A stretch of 63,795 bases of DNA, counting the filler, from Reclinomonas americana ATCC 50394 (Eukaryota), in NCBI GenBank assembly GCA_048213135.1. It is 20 parts of 20 records of this genome, joined end to end, with 100 filler letters (N's around TTAATTAATTAA, not from the genome) between each part and the next. Parts side by side here need not be neighbours in the genome. Positions count along the whole stretch, not along the records: positions 18,202 to 27,411 come from AFZH01020719.1; positions 27,512 to 31,002 come from AFZH01020720.1; positions 31,103 to 34,291 come from AFZH01020721.1; positions 34,392 to 36,270 come from AFZH01020722.1; positions 36,371 to 39,121 come from AFZH01020723.1; positions 39,222 to 40,893 come from AFZH01020725.1; 14 more parts are not named here. One strand, 5' to 3'. This document shows, piece after piece, positions 25,401 through 39,257 of this stretch. How positions within the stretch are numbered: position 1 is the first letter of the stretch; each line of letters opens with the position of its first letter. Both the position numbers and the translations under genes were made by a program. The notes below the pieces were generated by a model. It had not been told where the DNA came from. It saw only the letters and a list, made by a program, of their open reading frames with translations, and did not search any database.

Positions 25401-28400
25401 TGAAGGCATCCGACCAGGAAGACGAGGATAGAAGGTCGGCAAAGAAGCCACCACCAAAGTGCAACGCCTTGTTGTTCTGCACACTGGAACTACCCGACAA
25501 GGCAAGAAAGGCGCTGGCGGTAAGAAATACGCCGCCGCCGCTAAAGGCCTGGTTGCCATCCACAACCGATTGTGATTGAATCTGCAAGTGTACCTGCTCG
25601 GCACGCGCTGCGATGCCACCACCATACAGTGCAAAGTTGCTGGAGACTGCGGTGTTGCTGATTGTAGCCGTGGTGGCCACCTCATTCAGCAATACTCCAC
25701 CACCGTAGCCGATTGGCGATAAGTTGGAAGTGACGAAAGAGTCCACGATCTTGCAGCCTTGTCCACTCATTGCCACACCACCGCCACCAGTGAAACGGGC
25801 GACGTTTCCTGTAACTTGAGAACCAGCGAGGAGAGACTGCGTACCCACCAGCACACCACCGCCAGTCACCAGCTCACCAGACACTGAGTTGCTCGAGATG
25901 AAACAGCCAGTGGCCGAGCTTGATGCATCGAGTAGCAGAGCGCCACCTCCATGAGAGCGACCAGCAATGACGAGTGGGACAGACGATTGCACGGTGTTGC
26001 CAGTCAGGGTTGACGAGGATATCGCGGCACCGTCGACGGCGAGCAGCGCACCGCCACCGCAGAAACTGCCGGAGGAAAATAGTGCATTTCCAGCACCAGC
26101 ATCCTCCGCGCGGTTGTCGACAAACTGAGAAGCGGAGAGTGATGAGGGCGATTTCACCAGCAGCACGGCGCCGCCGCCGTTGTGGTTGCTGCCTTGCCCG
26201 TTGAGAGTGTTGCTGAGGCCGCCTGCACCGTCACGGAGAGATTGGTTGCCGATGAATGTGCAACCAGTAACGTTGAATGTGCCCTGAGAGAAAGAAGCGA
26301 ACGGTGAGTGAGTGGATTGGTGAAGGGTGATGCAAATGCGGCGCAACTGTTAATGTTGACGGTGCAACCAGCAACGCCGCTCCACCGCCGTTGAAGCCGC
26401 CAAAGGAGGCACCGATTGTGCTGTTGAAGCCACCAGCTCCGTTGTGTGACGATGTGTTGTTGAGAAATAGGGACTGGCTGATCGTCTGCAAAAGGGGGGG
26501 TGAGAAACTCTACAAAGTAAGATGCACTCGATGCCAAGTGAGCGAACCAAAAGAGACGCAGAGTTTGGGGCGGAGAAGACCAGCAGAGCGCCCCCACCGG
26601 AAAACGTTGAAAGGCTGCTTCCCGATGAAGTGTTCCCACTGCCTCCGTTGCCTATGTCGAAGACGAGCAGGAGTGGTGTGAACAGAGAGAATCTTGTGCT
26701 TACATACGAGAGAGGGGATCACCATTGCTACCGGCGGAGTTGTTGAAGAAGGTACAACCGGAGATCTTTTTCGGCAGCACGATGCGGAAAAGTGAGTGAT
26801 AATCTGAGCCATGAAAAGAAGATGACAGCAGAACCTCGAGAGCGCCAGGCAGAGCAACCAGGACGGCACCACCGCCATTGGCTGAGCCGGTGGCGTCGCC
26901 GCGGTTGGTATTGCTGCCTCCAACAGCATTTCCTGAAGCCACATTGGAGAGGAATGTACAGCCTTGTAAGGTCACCTGCTCAAGTGTGATGGTGAGGTGA
27001 GGCTGTTATGTAGATTGACGGTGAAGCGGGAAACCTTGTTCGTGTTGCTGGTAAGCGAGAGCAGAAGTGCGCCACCGCCATTCTGCGAACTCGAAGCATT
27101 GCTCACGATTGCACTCTGGCCTCCGTTTCCATTTCCATCGCCCGCATTGCTATCGAAGCGACAACCCTCAATCGTCTGTTTGTGGGATGGTGAGAGAAAC
27201 ACAAACAGGAGGATGAGAGCAAGCAGCTGGGTACGAACCAGGGTCGATGTCGATGCAGAGTGAAATGATGCGAGAATCGCTCCACCTCCATTCACGCTGC
27301 TTGATGCGTTTGCTGAACCTGCATGGGGAGGGGAGGGGAGAGGGAGTGAGAGAGGGGGGAGATGGAAAGAGGGAAAGAGGGAGAGGGCGGAAGGGAGGGT
27401 GGGGGTAGGAANNNNNNNNNNNNNNNNNNNNNNNNNNNNNNNNNNNNNNNNNNNNTTAATTAATTAANNNNNNNNNNNNNNNNNNNNNNNNNNNNNNNNN
27501 NNNNNNNNNNNGGAGAAGATAGAAGAGGAGAAGAGGAGAAGAGGAGAAGAGGAGAAGAGGAGAAGTGGAGAAGTGGAGAAGTGGAGAAGAGGAGAAGAGG
27601 AGAAGAGGAGAAGAGGAAAACAGGAGAACAGGAGAAGAGGAGAACAGGAGAAGAGGAGAACAGGAGAACAGGAGAACAGGAGAAGAGGAGAAGAGGAGAA
27701 GAGGAGCAGAGGAGCAGAGGAGAAGAGGAGAAGAGGAGAAGAGGAGAAGAGGAGAAGAGGAGAGGAGGAGAGGAGGAGAAGAGGGGAAGAGGAGAAGTGG
27801 AGAAGTGGAAAAGTGGAGAAGAGGAGAAAAGAGAGAGAGAGAAGCAGAGTGAAAGCCAGGGAGACGAGAGGAGTAGCAAAAAAAGAAAGAGAGAGAAGGA
27901 GAGAAGAGGAAAAGAAGAGAAAAGAGAGAGAGGGCGAGAGTGTAGGAGAGGGAAGAGAAGGAAAAGAGGGAAAGAGGGAAGAGAGGAAGAGAGAGAGAGA
28001 GAAAAAGAGAGGGAGACAGCGAGAGGGAGAGAGAAAGACAGAGAGAGACAAACAACTATGTGAGTCACCACCTGACCAAATGACCATACCATTAGAGGCA
28101 CCACCGTTCCCGTTGTTACTCGCAGCATTCGACGCAAAAGTGCAGTTGCCGATGGTCTGCAACGAACAACAATCGAATATGAGGAGAACGATTGGAGACG
28201 ACTAAGTTTGAGATGAGTTCATCATTCTACTCCAGAATCCTCAGTAAACTATCATTTCAACCAAGATCAACGACACCTCACAGCACGCACGCGTGAATAT
28301 TCCTAGCTTCTGCAACAAACAACCAAACATTGATAGACAACGCAAGCGCACCTGGTTCCCGAAACCACCGACGTTGATCAGCATGACGCCACCTCCATTA

Positions 28401-31400
28401 TAGCTGCTGCTGCTGTCTGCACTCGCGCTGCCATTAACTGAAAAGTACATGCAACCACGCACAAAGTCGTCGTGTCAGCACCACGCATTACTAATCAACC
28501 CGGATTTGCACAACTCACCGCCATTTCCATTGTTGTTTGCACTATTCAATGTGAAGGTGCAGTTGGTGATGGTCTGAGACAGCACCTACGCCAGCAAAAG
28601 AGACGATTCTTTGAGACAAACAAACATACGATGAAAGTGGAACATACAACAGTAGGTTCTGCACGGAAGAGATCGACTCAAGATGAACTATGAATGAGAA
28701 GGGTCCCATTTGTTGATGGAGAAAGTGAATTGCATTGCCATCTCAAGCCTCCGTGACTCAAAGAGGAACAGAGAACACACCTGGTTTGCAAAACCACCGG
28801 CATTGATCAGCATGACGCCACCACCATTCTGGCTGCTGTTGCTATCCACACTCCCACCTAAGGCAGGCACACACGAAAATAACGATGCTGCAAATCAGTA
28901 GCGAAGCAAACAAACACGCGCGCTGCCAAACCACTTACCTGTGCTACCACCGTTTCCGTTATTACTTGCAGCATTCGACGTGAATACGCAGTTGATGATA
29001 GTCTGCATCACGAAAATAGACACCGACGTAAGGACCATAGCCACTCGCGATACACGCATGAAGGGAGAGCGGTGTGACAGTAAAAGCAATCTTTCTCGAG
29101 ACACTGCGTTAGCGCCATAGCCACTAGCGAAACACAAGAAAGGAGAGTGGTGCGAGAGTGAAAACAATCTTCCTCGAGACACTGCGTTAGCGCCGTAGCC
29201 ACTCGCAAAACACATGAAAGGAGAGTGGCACAAGAGTGAAAACAATCCTACACTGCGTTAGCTTCTTAGCCACTCGCGATGTGCAAGTGAAGAGAGATTG
29301 GTACGAGAGTAAAAGCAATCTTTCTCGAGACACTACGTTAGCGCCATAGCCACTCGCGAAACACAAGAAAGGAGAGTGGTGCGAGAGTGAAAACAATCTT
29401 CCTAGAGACACTGCGTTAGCTTCTTAGCCACTCGCGATGTGCACGTGAAGAGAGAGTGGTACGGGAGTAAAAGCAATCTTTCTCGAGACACTGCGTTAGC
29501 GCCTTAGCCACTCGCGATGTGCACGTGAAGAGAGAGCAAAAGTAATCCTCTTGCACATTCCAACCTTCTATAGAACAATCAGCAGAACAATCAGAGAGAG
29601 AACTCACCTGGTTTGTTTTGGTGGCACCGCTGATCAAAATGACACCACCGCCATTGTAGCTGCTAATGCTGTTTGCATTTCTGAATACTGCAACCAAAAA
29701 GCACGCATCAGGCAACCAATCAACCCCACATGTCCCCCATCTGGAAGTGAAAGGAGTGTCCACGAGGATGAGAGTAAGGGGAAACTATGAGAGTAAGGGG
29801 AAAGTATGAGAGTAAGGGGAAAGTACTTCGCAGTGAGTACTACGTGATTCTCTGCCAGGAGAATGAAGAGGACACGAAGGACTGTGGACAGCGGACAGGA
29901 ATGCGCGATGCTTGGTTTTCGAGGAGGTGCAGTAACTCACCTGAACTACCACCACTCCCATTGTCGTTTGCGGTATTCATTGTGAAGGTGCAGTTGCTGA
30001 TGGTCTGCAACAATAGCAACGAGAGACGATTCGGTCAACACCAACGTCTCGCAAAGATAGCTCTTCTGATTCCAAGACCGAACAGCCAATGATGAAGCGA
30101 GAACGCACCTGGGATGTAGAAGAACCACCGGCGATCAACATGATCCCACCACCATTTACGCTACCTTTGCTGATCGCTCCCCCGCCGCCGTTTCCTGCAG
30201 GAACAAAGCACACATGGACCGAGTCAGCAAGTGCGATAGATACCATGTACAAACATACATGAAGAGCACACCCATCCACCCAACAACATACATACACACA
30301 AAAACAAACGCACGCACACACACACGCACACATTCGCACGCGAAGAGCAGCGCCAGCAGAGAGTGCATGGTATGCGTATATACACACGCACACAAACGGT
30401 ACATGCCGTTTAGGTGCTGCCCCGTGTGTGTGCTCGCGTGTGCGTGTCTGGTGCATGTCGTCCAGGTGTGCTATATGTGTGTGTGATGCCCTCTCTCTTT
30501 CTCTCTCTCTCTCTCTCTCACGCGCGCGCTCACACACACATACGCACACAGAGCAACACCTGGACAACATGCACCATGTGCGCACACACGCACGCAGCGA
30601 GGAATTCTCAAAAAACGGCATGTACCGATCATACACAAATACGCGCACACAGAACAACACACACGTACATACACACAAAGTTCTATGTCCTATCACAAAT
30701 ACAAACCTGTGCCACCATTCCCATTGCCATTTGCAGTATTCAGTCTGAAGGTACAGGTGCTGATGGTCTGCGAAAACTGCGACAGCAGAAAGGAGGCCTT
30801 TGTCAATACCATGCAAGAGAGGACGACGCAGATGTACAACTCATTCCTTCTACAAGCATAGAGAGAACGATGAACGAGAGCGAGAGAACATACCCTGCTT
30901 GCAGAGGAAGCAGCGCCGATCAGCATGACACCACCGCCGTTCACGCTGCCGTTGCTATCCGCATTGCCGCTGTCGTTTCCTGCAACCAGCGAGTGAGTCA
31001 ATNNNNNNNNNNNNNNNNNNNNNNNNNNNNNNNNNNNNNNNNNNNNTTAATTAATTAANNNNNNNNNNNNNNNNNNNNNNNNNNNNNNNNNNNNNNNNNN
31101 NNGGGACAGAGAGAGGGAGTGCACACCTGGTTTGCAGATCCATTGGTGATCAGCATGACACCACCTCCGCTGAAGCTGCTGTTGCTATCAGCACTCCCGC
31201 TGCCGCTGTTTGCTGCAAGCACAAACAACACATCGACCAATGAATCTCACATGCCGCCACAGTCGGACAGCGTCACATGAGCATCGAACCTGTGCCACCA
31301 ATGCCATTGCCGTTGGCAGCGTTGAATGCAAAATTACAGTTGCTGATAGTCTGCATCAACACCTGCACACCAGAAGAGATTTCAAGGTCAATGCTTCGGA

Positions 31401-34400
31401 TGAGAACGAGAAAGAGAATGAGGAACAGGGGACGGTAAGCGTGAGAGGGTGGAGAAAGGGAAGAGACAGTGGGCGCGAAGAGTGAGCCAGAGTGAGAGGG
31501 AGAGAATGATGAGGGAAGAGTGAGAGCGAATGAGAGAGTGAGCGGGCGAAGAAAGGGAAGAGACAGCGAGCGCGAAAAGAGCAGTCAGCGAGAGTGAGAG
31601 AAATAAAAAAAGAGAAGGGGAAGAGAGAGCGTGGAAATTCGGGAGAGACAGCGAGCGCGAAAAGGTGAGCGGGATAGAAAGAGTATGAGAGATGAGGAAA
31701 GAGAGAGTCAGCCAGTGAGAGAGCGAGAGGGCGGAGAAACGGGAGAGACAGCGAGCGCGCAAGGGTGAGCGGGATAGAAAGAATATGGGAGAGGAGGGAA
31801 GAGTGAGTGAGCCAGTGAGAGAGCGAGAGGGCGGAGAAACGGGAGAGACAGCGAGCGCGCAAGGGTGAGCGGGATAGAAAGAGTATGAGAGATGAAAAAA
31901 AGTGAGTGAGCCTGTGAGAGAGCGAGAGGGCGCAGAGAGACAGAGCGAGAGTATGTGAACCAGTGAGCACGAAAGGGGGGAGAAAAAAAAGACCACGGAG
32001 GATGAGGGAAAAGTGGGCGAGCCAGTGACAGAACGCGGAAGTGAGTGGGAGGATGGGAACAGCTAGACAGACCGAGTGTGCAAATGAATACGAGAGCGCG
32101 AAGGAGTGACAGCGAGAGAGATGTGGGAAGCGTGAGTTAGCCACAGTGAGAGTGTGTGAGTGCGTGCGTGTTGGTGGGTGAGGCGCAAGTTAGAGTCGCG
32201 AACACGCACCTGGCTTGCAGAGGTCCCCGCGCTGAGCAGCAAGACACCGCCACCACTATATCGGCTGCTGCTTACCGCACTCCCGCTACCGTATCCTGCA
32301 CACATCGGCAAAGTCAGCCGATCAGCTAGAAATGTGTACCTATAATGTAAACACATCAAGTGCCACAGTAGAGCACTCACCCGTTCCGCCATTCCCGTTG
32401 TTGCTTGCGGTATTGAATGAAAAGGAGCAGGCGCTGATGGTCTGTAACAACACCAACAAGAAGCAACAAGAAAGAGGTCTCCGTCAATGCCATCACCAGT
32501 CACGAATGCGCGCAGTGAAAGAGACAAGAATACAAAGAATCTGCTCTCATTCTCAGCTTGTGCGTGCTAATCTGCCAACAGATAATGCGACGGCGGCATG
32601 CCATCACCATTCACAAATGCGCGCAGTGAAAGAGACTAGATAGAGAGCAACTAATCTGCTCTCATTTCCAGCTTCTGCGTGCTATCTGCCAACAGATGAT
32701 GCGACGGAGGCATGCCATCACCATTCACAGCGCGCACAAAATGAAAGTGACAAGAAAGCAAACAATCTGTACTAATTCCCAGCTTCTGCATGGTGACGAC
32801 GTACCTGGCTTACATCTGCAGTTGTACCGGCAAAGACCAGCATGACACCACCGCCGTTCATGTCTCCCTTGCTACCAACACTCCCGCTGCCGTTTGCTGC
32901 AAGGGAAGGGAAGACGGGACAGTAGGTGAGGGAAGAAGACCGTCGGGAGCGACTTGCATCACTTACCTGTGCCACCACCGTTTCCGTTGTTATTAGCCGT
33001 GTTGAGTGTTATTATGCAGTTGCTGATGGTCTACAACAGTAACGACAAAATAAGAGAGAGGCCTCCGCAACAACAATTGCCACATGTAAGACAGGCAGAG
33101 AGAGAGAGAGAGAGCGTGAGAGACAGAGCGTGAGACACAGAGATTGAGAGACTGAGTGTGAGAGAGGCAGAGAGGGAGATAGTGTGTGTGAGAGGCAGAG
33201 AGCGACAGAGAGTGAGAAACAGAGAGCAAGAGAGAGAGCAAGAGAGAGAGAGAGACAGAGAGTGAGAGACAGAGAGTGAGAGACAGAGAGTGAGAGACAG
33301 AGAGTGAGAGACAGAGAGTGAGGGGCAAACAAACAGACAGGTAGACAGGGAAAGACATAAGAGGGAGAAAGACATATAGACAGACAGGCAGACAGAGAAT
33401 GACTGAGAGAGGGAGAGAGACAGACACAGAGGGAGGGGCAAACAAAGAGGGACACATAGACATACCGAGAAAGGGAGAGAGGAAGGCAGAGAGATGGAAA
33501 GAGGCAGGCAGACAGAGAGTGTGCGTGTGTGAGAGGCAGAGGGAGAGAGAGAGAGTGAGAGAGAGAGTGAGAGACAGAGAGTGAGAGACAGAGGGAGAGA
33601 GACAGAGGGAGAAAAACATGTAGACAGAGAGAGGGAGAGAGACAAAAACAGACGGAGGGGCAAACAGAGAGAGGGAGAGAGACAGAAAGAGACAGAGAAA
33701 GAGAACGGCTAACACAAACAATCTCTGCACCAAACTTCAGACAAACAGAGAGAGTGCATACCTGGTTTGTAGTGGCACCGGCATACATCAGCATGGCGCC
33801 ACCACCGTTATAGGAGCTGCTACTATCTGCGCTCCCGCTGCCGCTGGCTGCAAGTACAACGCAAGTATCAGAAAAAACCACGCGCTTGAACAACAAGCCC
33901 ACACATGCCACATACCTGTGCCAGCATTCCCATTGTTGTTTGCAGTGTTCGATGTGAAGATGCAATTTCTCACGGTCTGCAGCAATACCAGAAACAATAA
34001 AGAGAGATGCATCGGTCAGCAACGACAGTACCAGCAAGGTGCACACAAAGAAGGGTGGAAGGAATCCGTGCAATCTCGCTACTCACTCCAGGCTAGTGCA
34101 ACAGAAAAACGCACAAAGAGTGAGGGAAAGTAGAGGGAAAGAGAGAACGAAAAACGAGAGAAAGGGGGAGAAACGGGGAGACAGGGGGAGACAGGGGGAG
34201 AAAGAGGGAGAAAGGGGGAGAAAGGGGAGACAGGGGGAGAAAGGAGAAAGGGAGAACGGGAGAAAGGGGAGAAAGGGGAGAACGGGAGAAANNNNNNNNN
34301 NNNNNNNNNNNNNNNNNNNNNNNNNNNNNNNNNNNTTAATTAATTAANNNNNNNNNNNNNNNNNNNNNNNNNNNNNNNNNNNNNNNNNNNNGGGGAGAAA

Positions 34401-37400
34401 GGGAAGGAGGGGGAAAAGGAGGGAGAAACGAAGAGATAAGGGAGACGCGGGACAAGGGGGGAGCGCGAAGAAACATTTGAAGAGAAAAACGCACAAAGGG
34501 AAGGCTCGACGGGAGAACGAGACAGAGAATGAGACAGAGAACGAGACAGAGAACGACGAAGAGAACGAGATCGACGAGAATGAGACCGAAAAGAACGAGA
34601 CCGAAGAGAACGAGAACGATAGAGATCGACAGAGAAAGAGAGGAAGAGTTATGGAGAGAAAGAGAACGAGAGGAATTGGGGAAGCGGAGAGAGAAATGCG
34701 GAGAAAGACGGAATGGGGGAGAAGATAAAATTAGAGAGAAACGAGAGAAAGAGAGATAGACTTGGATGTGGACAATCTCAACGCCAATTCCAACTTATCA
34801 CACACCTGACTGGTAGAACCACCGGCGTAGATCATCATGACACCACCTCCGTTGTAGTTGCTGTTGCTATCCGCACTTCCGCTTCCATAAACTACGCGCA
34901 CAGAGCACAAGTCAACAATTTCAGTCAGACGGACAACCAACATTACACCTCCAACAATATACACACAGGAGAAGGAGAGTGAGAGTGGCAGAGAGACAAT
35001 GAGAGAGACAATGAGAGAGAGAGAGAGACAGAGAGACGGAGGGACAGAGAGACAGAGGGACAGAGATAGAGAGAGACAGAGGGACAGAGACAGAGAGAGA
35101 CAGAGAGAGAGGAGGGGGGACAGAATGACAGAGGGGCAGAGAGACAGGGAAAGCGAGAGAGAGAGAGTGTGCGTGCGTGTATCCTGTGTATGCAGAGATA
35201 GAGAAGCGTGTTTGAGTGCTTGTGCGTCAGTTACAAAGGCGGAGAGCATGATTGTGCGTGTCAAGTGCGGACGCATTGCTCACCTGTGCTACCACCAATC
35301 CCATTGTGGTTTGCAGCATTCGATGTGAAGGTACAGTTGCTGACGATCTGTGACAGGAGTCACAACAACCAGAGAGCCACTTGTCAGCACAGTCACACCG
35401 CTACTTCCGCGCTTCCGAAAAAAAACATGTCACTCGGGGAGATAGCACACCTGGGTTGCAATGGTCCCGGCGTAGATCAGCATGGTACCACCACCACTCA
35501 AGTCTCGCTTGCTTGCCGCACTTCCGCTGCCGGTTGCTGTGAGAGCAAAGCACATGTCAAAAAAGTTAGCACTAGTAATCAACCACACGCAATATAACCT
35601 GTCACTCGCTCTACGACACCCGAATAGCAAGACAAGACAAGACTCATTATCGTGGTGCACCCAGTATTGGCGAATAGCATACGCGCCAACGATTTGCACT
35701 CACCTGTGCCACCATTCCCGTTGCTCCTGGCAGTGTTTGATGTGAAAGTACAGTTGCTGATGGATTGGGTGACCTGCGAGAGTATTCCTTTAGCAACGCC
35801 ACAGCGGCCACCTCGCAACGGCTCACAGACCTGATTTGTACCGGCGAACAACAAGACTCCGCCGCCGGCGAGAGAGGAGGAGGAGGATGAGTCGGAAGAG
35901 ACTGAATTCCCCGCGCCTCCATTTGCATTGTAATCCGCGTGGTTGAACATGAATGACGATCCAGTGATCTGCGAAGCGCGGCTCAGCATCATCTGACGTT
36001 GGATTGATCTCCCAACCCAATACTCACCGTCTGCGTGGCTGTGCCTGCTTCTGCAACGTACGACCAGATCGCGCCTCCACCGACTTGTGAGCCGATAGCG
36101 TCTCCAGATCCTTGGTTGTTGTTTCCGCCGTTTGCATTCGCCGATGCGGTGTTGTTGAGGAACAGGCTGGTGGTGATCTGTTCACAGTCGAGGTTGGAAG
36201 GGGGAGGAGAGGGGGAAGAGAAGAGGGATGGAGGAGAAGAGGAGGAAGAGGGGAAGAGAGGGAAGAGGGGNNNNNNNNNNNNNNNNNNNNNNNNNNNNNN
36301 NNNNNNNNNNNNNNTTAATTAATTAANNNNNNNNNNNNNNNNNNNNNNNNNNNNNNNNNNNNNNNNNNNNAGAGGGAAAGAGGGAAAGAGGGAAAGAGGG
36401 AAAGAGGGAAAGAGGGGAAAGAGGAAAGAGGGAGAGACGGGGAAGAGTGGGGGAAGAGCGGAGGAAGAGTGGGGGGAAGTCGGGGACAAGAAGGGGGAAG
36501 AGTGGGGTAAGAGGAGAGGAAAGTGGGCGAAGAGAGTGCAGAGAGTTGGGGAAGAGTGGGGGGAGAAGTGAGGAAAAGAGGTGGAGAAAGAGGTGAAATA
36601 GACAGGGGAAGAGAGGCCGAAGAGCGGGCGACGAGTGGGCAAAGAGTGGACGAAGTGGAGAGAGGGGAAAAGAGAGGTGAAAGTGAAAGAAGAAGACAGG
36701 AGGAAGCGGAAGAGAGAAGAATGGAGAAGAGTGGCAGGCGAGCCCTTGCGCTATCCACCTCACCTCCATAGTAGCAGCTCCATTCGCCCACACCACACCA
36801 CCACCACAATCGCTCCCAGAGTTTCCATTGTTCGGCAAGTTGCTGCCTCCGTTGCAGTTGCCCGATGCGCGATTCCCAGTCGCCGAAACATTCTGCGAGT
36901 CGTGTGAGGGCTTCAAGAATCTCAACAATCTCTCTTCATAAGCACGTACCCTCATTGCAACAGACGTGGGCGAGCGAGATGACGCAAAGAAAGCCCACAC
37001 AGCTCCACCACCGGCCTGCTGACCGCCAGTGGCACTTGCGATGGAACATTGATTCGCAGAACATGTCATACCGCTGGCACTGCTGGTTACTGCGTTGCCC
37101 GCAAAGGAGGTGCCTTGGAAGCCGACATGCAGGGCATTCATGAGAAAGAGGCCGCCGCCTCCCGCGTTCGTGAAGCCGTTGGCAGACTTCGCGTCACCGT
37201 TTCCACATTCGAACACCGTGTTGTTCGCCCACACGCCACCCACATCGGACAAAGTGGCCGACGTTGGATCCGTCACATACAAAGCACCGCCGCCGACGTT
37301 GCCGCTGGCGAGGCTCATCGCCGTGTTGTTCACGAAATGGGTGCCGACCGTGTTGACGATCACCCCACCCGTTCCTTGCACAAACAAGGCACCGCCGCCC

Positions 37401-38973
37401 GCATTACCTGATGACGTTGTCGTGCTGCCCGACCCTACAATCGAGTTGCTGGAGAACACGCTGTCTTGCAATGAAACCGTGGCACCAGCAGCGAGGTTGA
37501 CCAGCGACATGGCGGCTCCAGAGGCATCGTCACCGACCTTGGTACAAGCGTGCCACGTCGAGCCTGTGACTTGAACGACGGAGAAGGGACCGGAGGCGAG
37601 TACCGCTGACGAGAGTGTACCGCGTGCAGCAGCGCGATGGTCAGCAAACTGCGAGTTGGTGATTGTGAGGGAGGCGGTGGAGGTGGCGGGCAGGGCAGTG
37701 GCATCCAGCTGGAGGGCGCCCGCCGTGGAGCCCGTGAAAAGGCAGTTGGAGATCAAGACTTGCGGAGACACGGTGGTGGCCAGGGCGCTCCACGAGACCG
37801 ACGGCTGACCGCCCGTCACGGTGAGGCCAGTCATCTCGAAGCGCGGCGAGTCCTGGACAAGGATGGGAAATGTTGATGCTTGCAGGATTGGCGATGCCGA
37901 GGGTGAAGAGGATTGGAGAGTGATGTTGCGACCTGCAAAAGGTGGTGTAAGATCATTTGTTCGGGGTGGGGGTGAGAGAGAAAAATAGTGAGAGAGAAAG
38001 AATAAAGAGAAGGGAAGGGTGGAGGGACTGGGAAGGAGATAGAAAGAAGAGAGAGAGAGAGCAGCAAGACAGAAAGGAAGGGAATAAAATAGGGAGGGAA
38101 AGGAAGATTGTGGCCAACTCTATGCTCTCGTAGTGTGACTCAATAAGCTGTTCCTCTGCCTCGTTATTCTTGCTCTGTTACTTGGCCCGTCATCCGGTCA
38201 CCGGCAACGACGAAAGTGGGGTGGGGAACAAATGTTCCAATAGCGGTCGAAAGAAAGGGAGAGAGAGAGCAGCAAGGCAGAAGGGGAGGGAATAAAAAAG
38301 GGAGGGTAAGGCCAACCAGTCCTTTCAACTCTATGCTCTCGTAGTGTGACTCTACACCTGTTCTCTGCCTCGTTACCCTTGCTCTGTTGCTTGGCCCGTC
38401 ATCCGGTCACCGTCAACGATGAAAGTGGGGTGGAGAACAAATGTTCCAATACTGGTCGAAAGTGAGAGCGAAACAAAATCAAAGGAGGCGGCATCAATCA
38501 CTGAGATTCGTGTGTGTGTCTCTCAGCAAGCGGCGGTCTCTCAGCATATTAGTGTGTGCGCGCGCCTTTCTCACTTTCTTTCTGTGGACTTCTTGGTTGC
38601 TTGTCACTCTGCTGTCACGTTTCGAGCGCGTTTTTTCTCTCTCTTTCTCTGTTTTATGTGCGGCTGTGCGTGTGGGTGTATGAGAGAGAAAGAGCGGAGA
38701 GCGACAGGCGTCACAGAGAGAGAGAGGAGGGTGAACAAGCAAGAGAGAGAAAGAGCGTGCTCGAAAAAGAGACAGCAGAGTGACAGCAAACAAAGAGATA
38801 AACAGAAGAAAGGGAGCACGACGCGCAAACGCAATAACACACACACACAAACACACAGAGAGAGTAAGAGAGAGAGAGAGAGAGACCGAGAGACAGAGGC
38901 AGACCGAGAGAGAGAGAGAGAGACAGACCGAGAGAGAGAGAGAGAGAGAGACGACGACGAGAGAGAGAGAGAC

Positions 38974-39013
<40 letters not shown>

Positions 39014-39025
39014 GACGACGAAGGA

Positions 39026-39070
<45 letters not shown>

Positions 39071-39221
39071 TCGTACGTACGTACGGTACGGTACGACCTA
39101 CCGACCGACGGAGGAGGAGGANNNNNNNNNNNNNNNNNNNNNNNNNNNNNNNNNNNNNNNNNNNNTTAATTAATTAANNNNNNNNNNNNNNNNNNNNNNN
39201 NNNNNNNNNNNNNNNNNNNNN

Positions 39222-39257
<36 letters not shown>

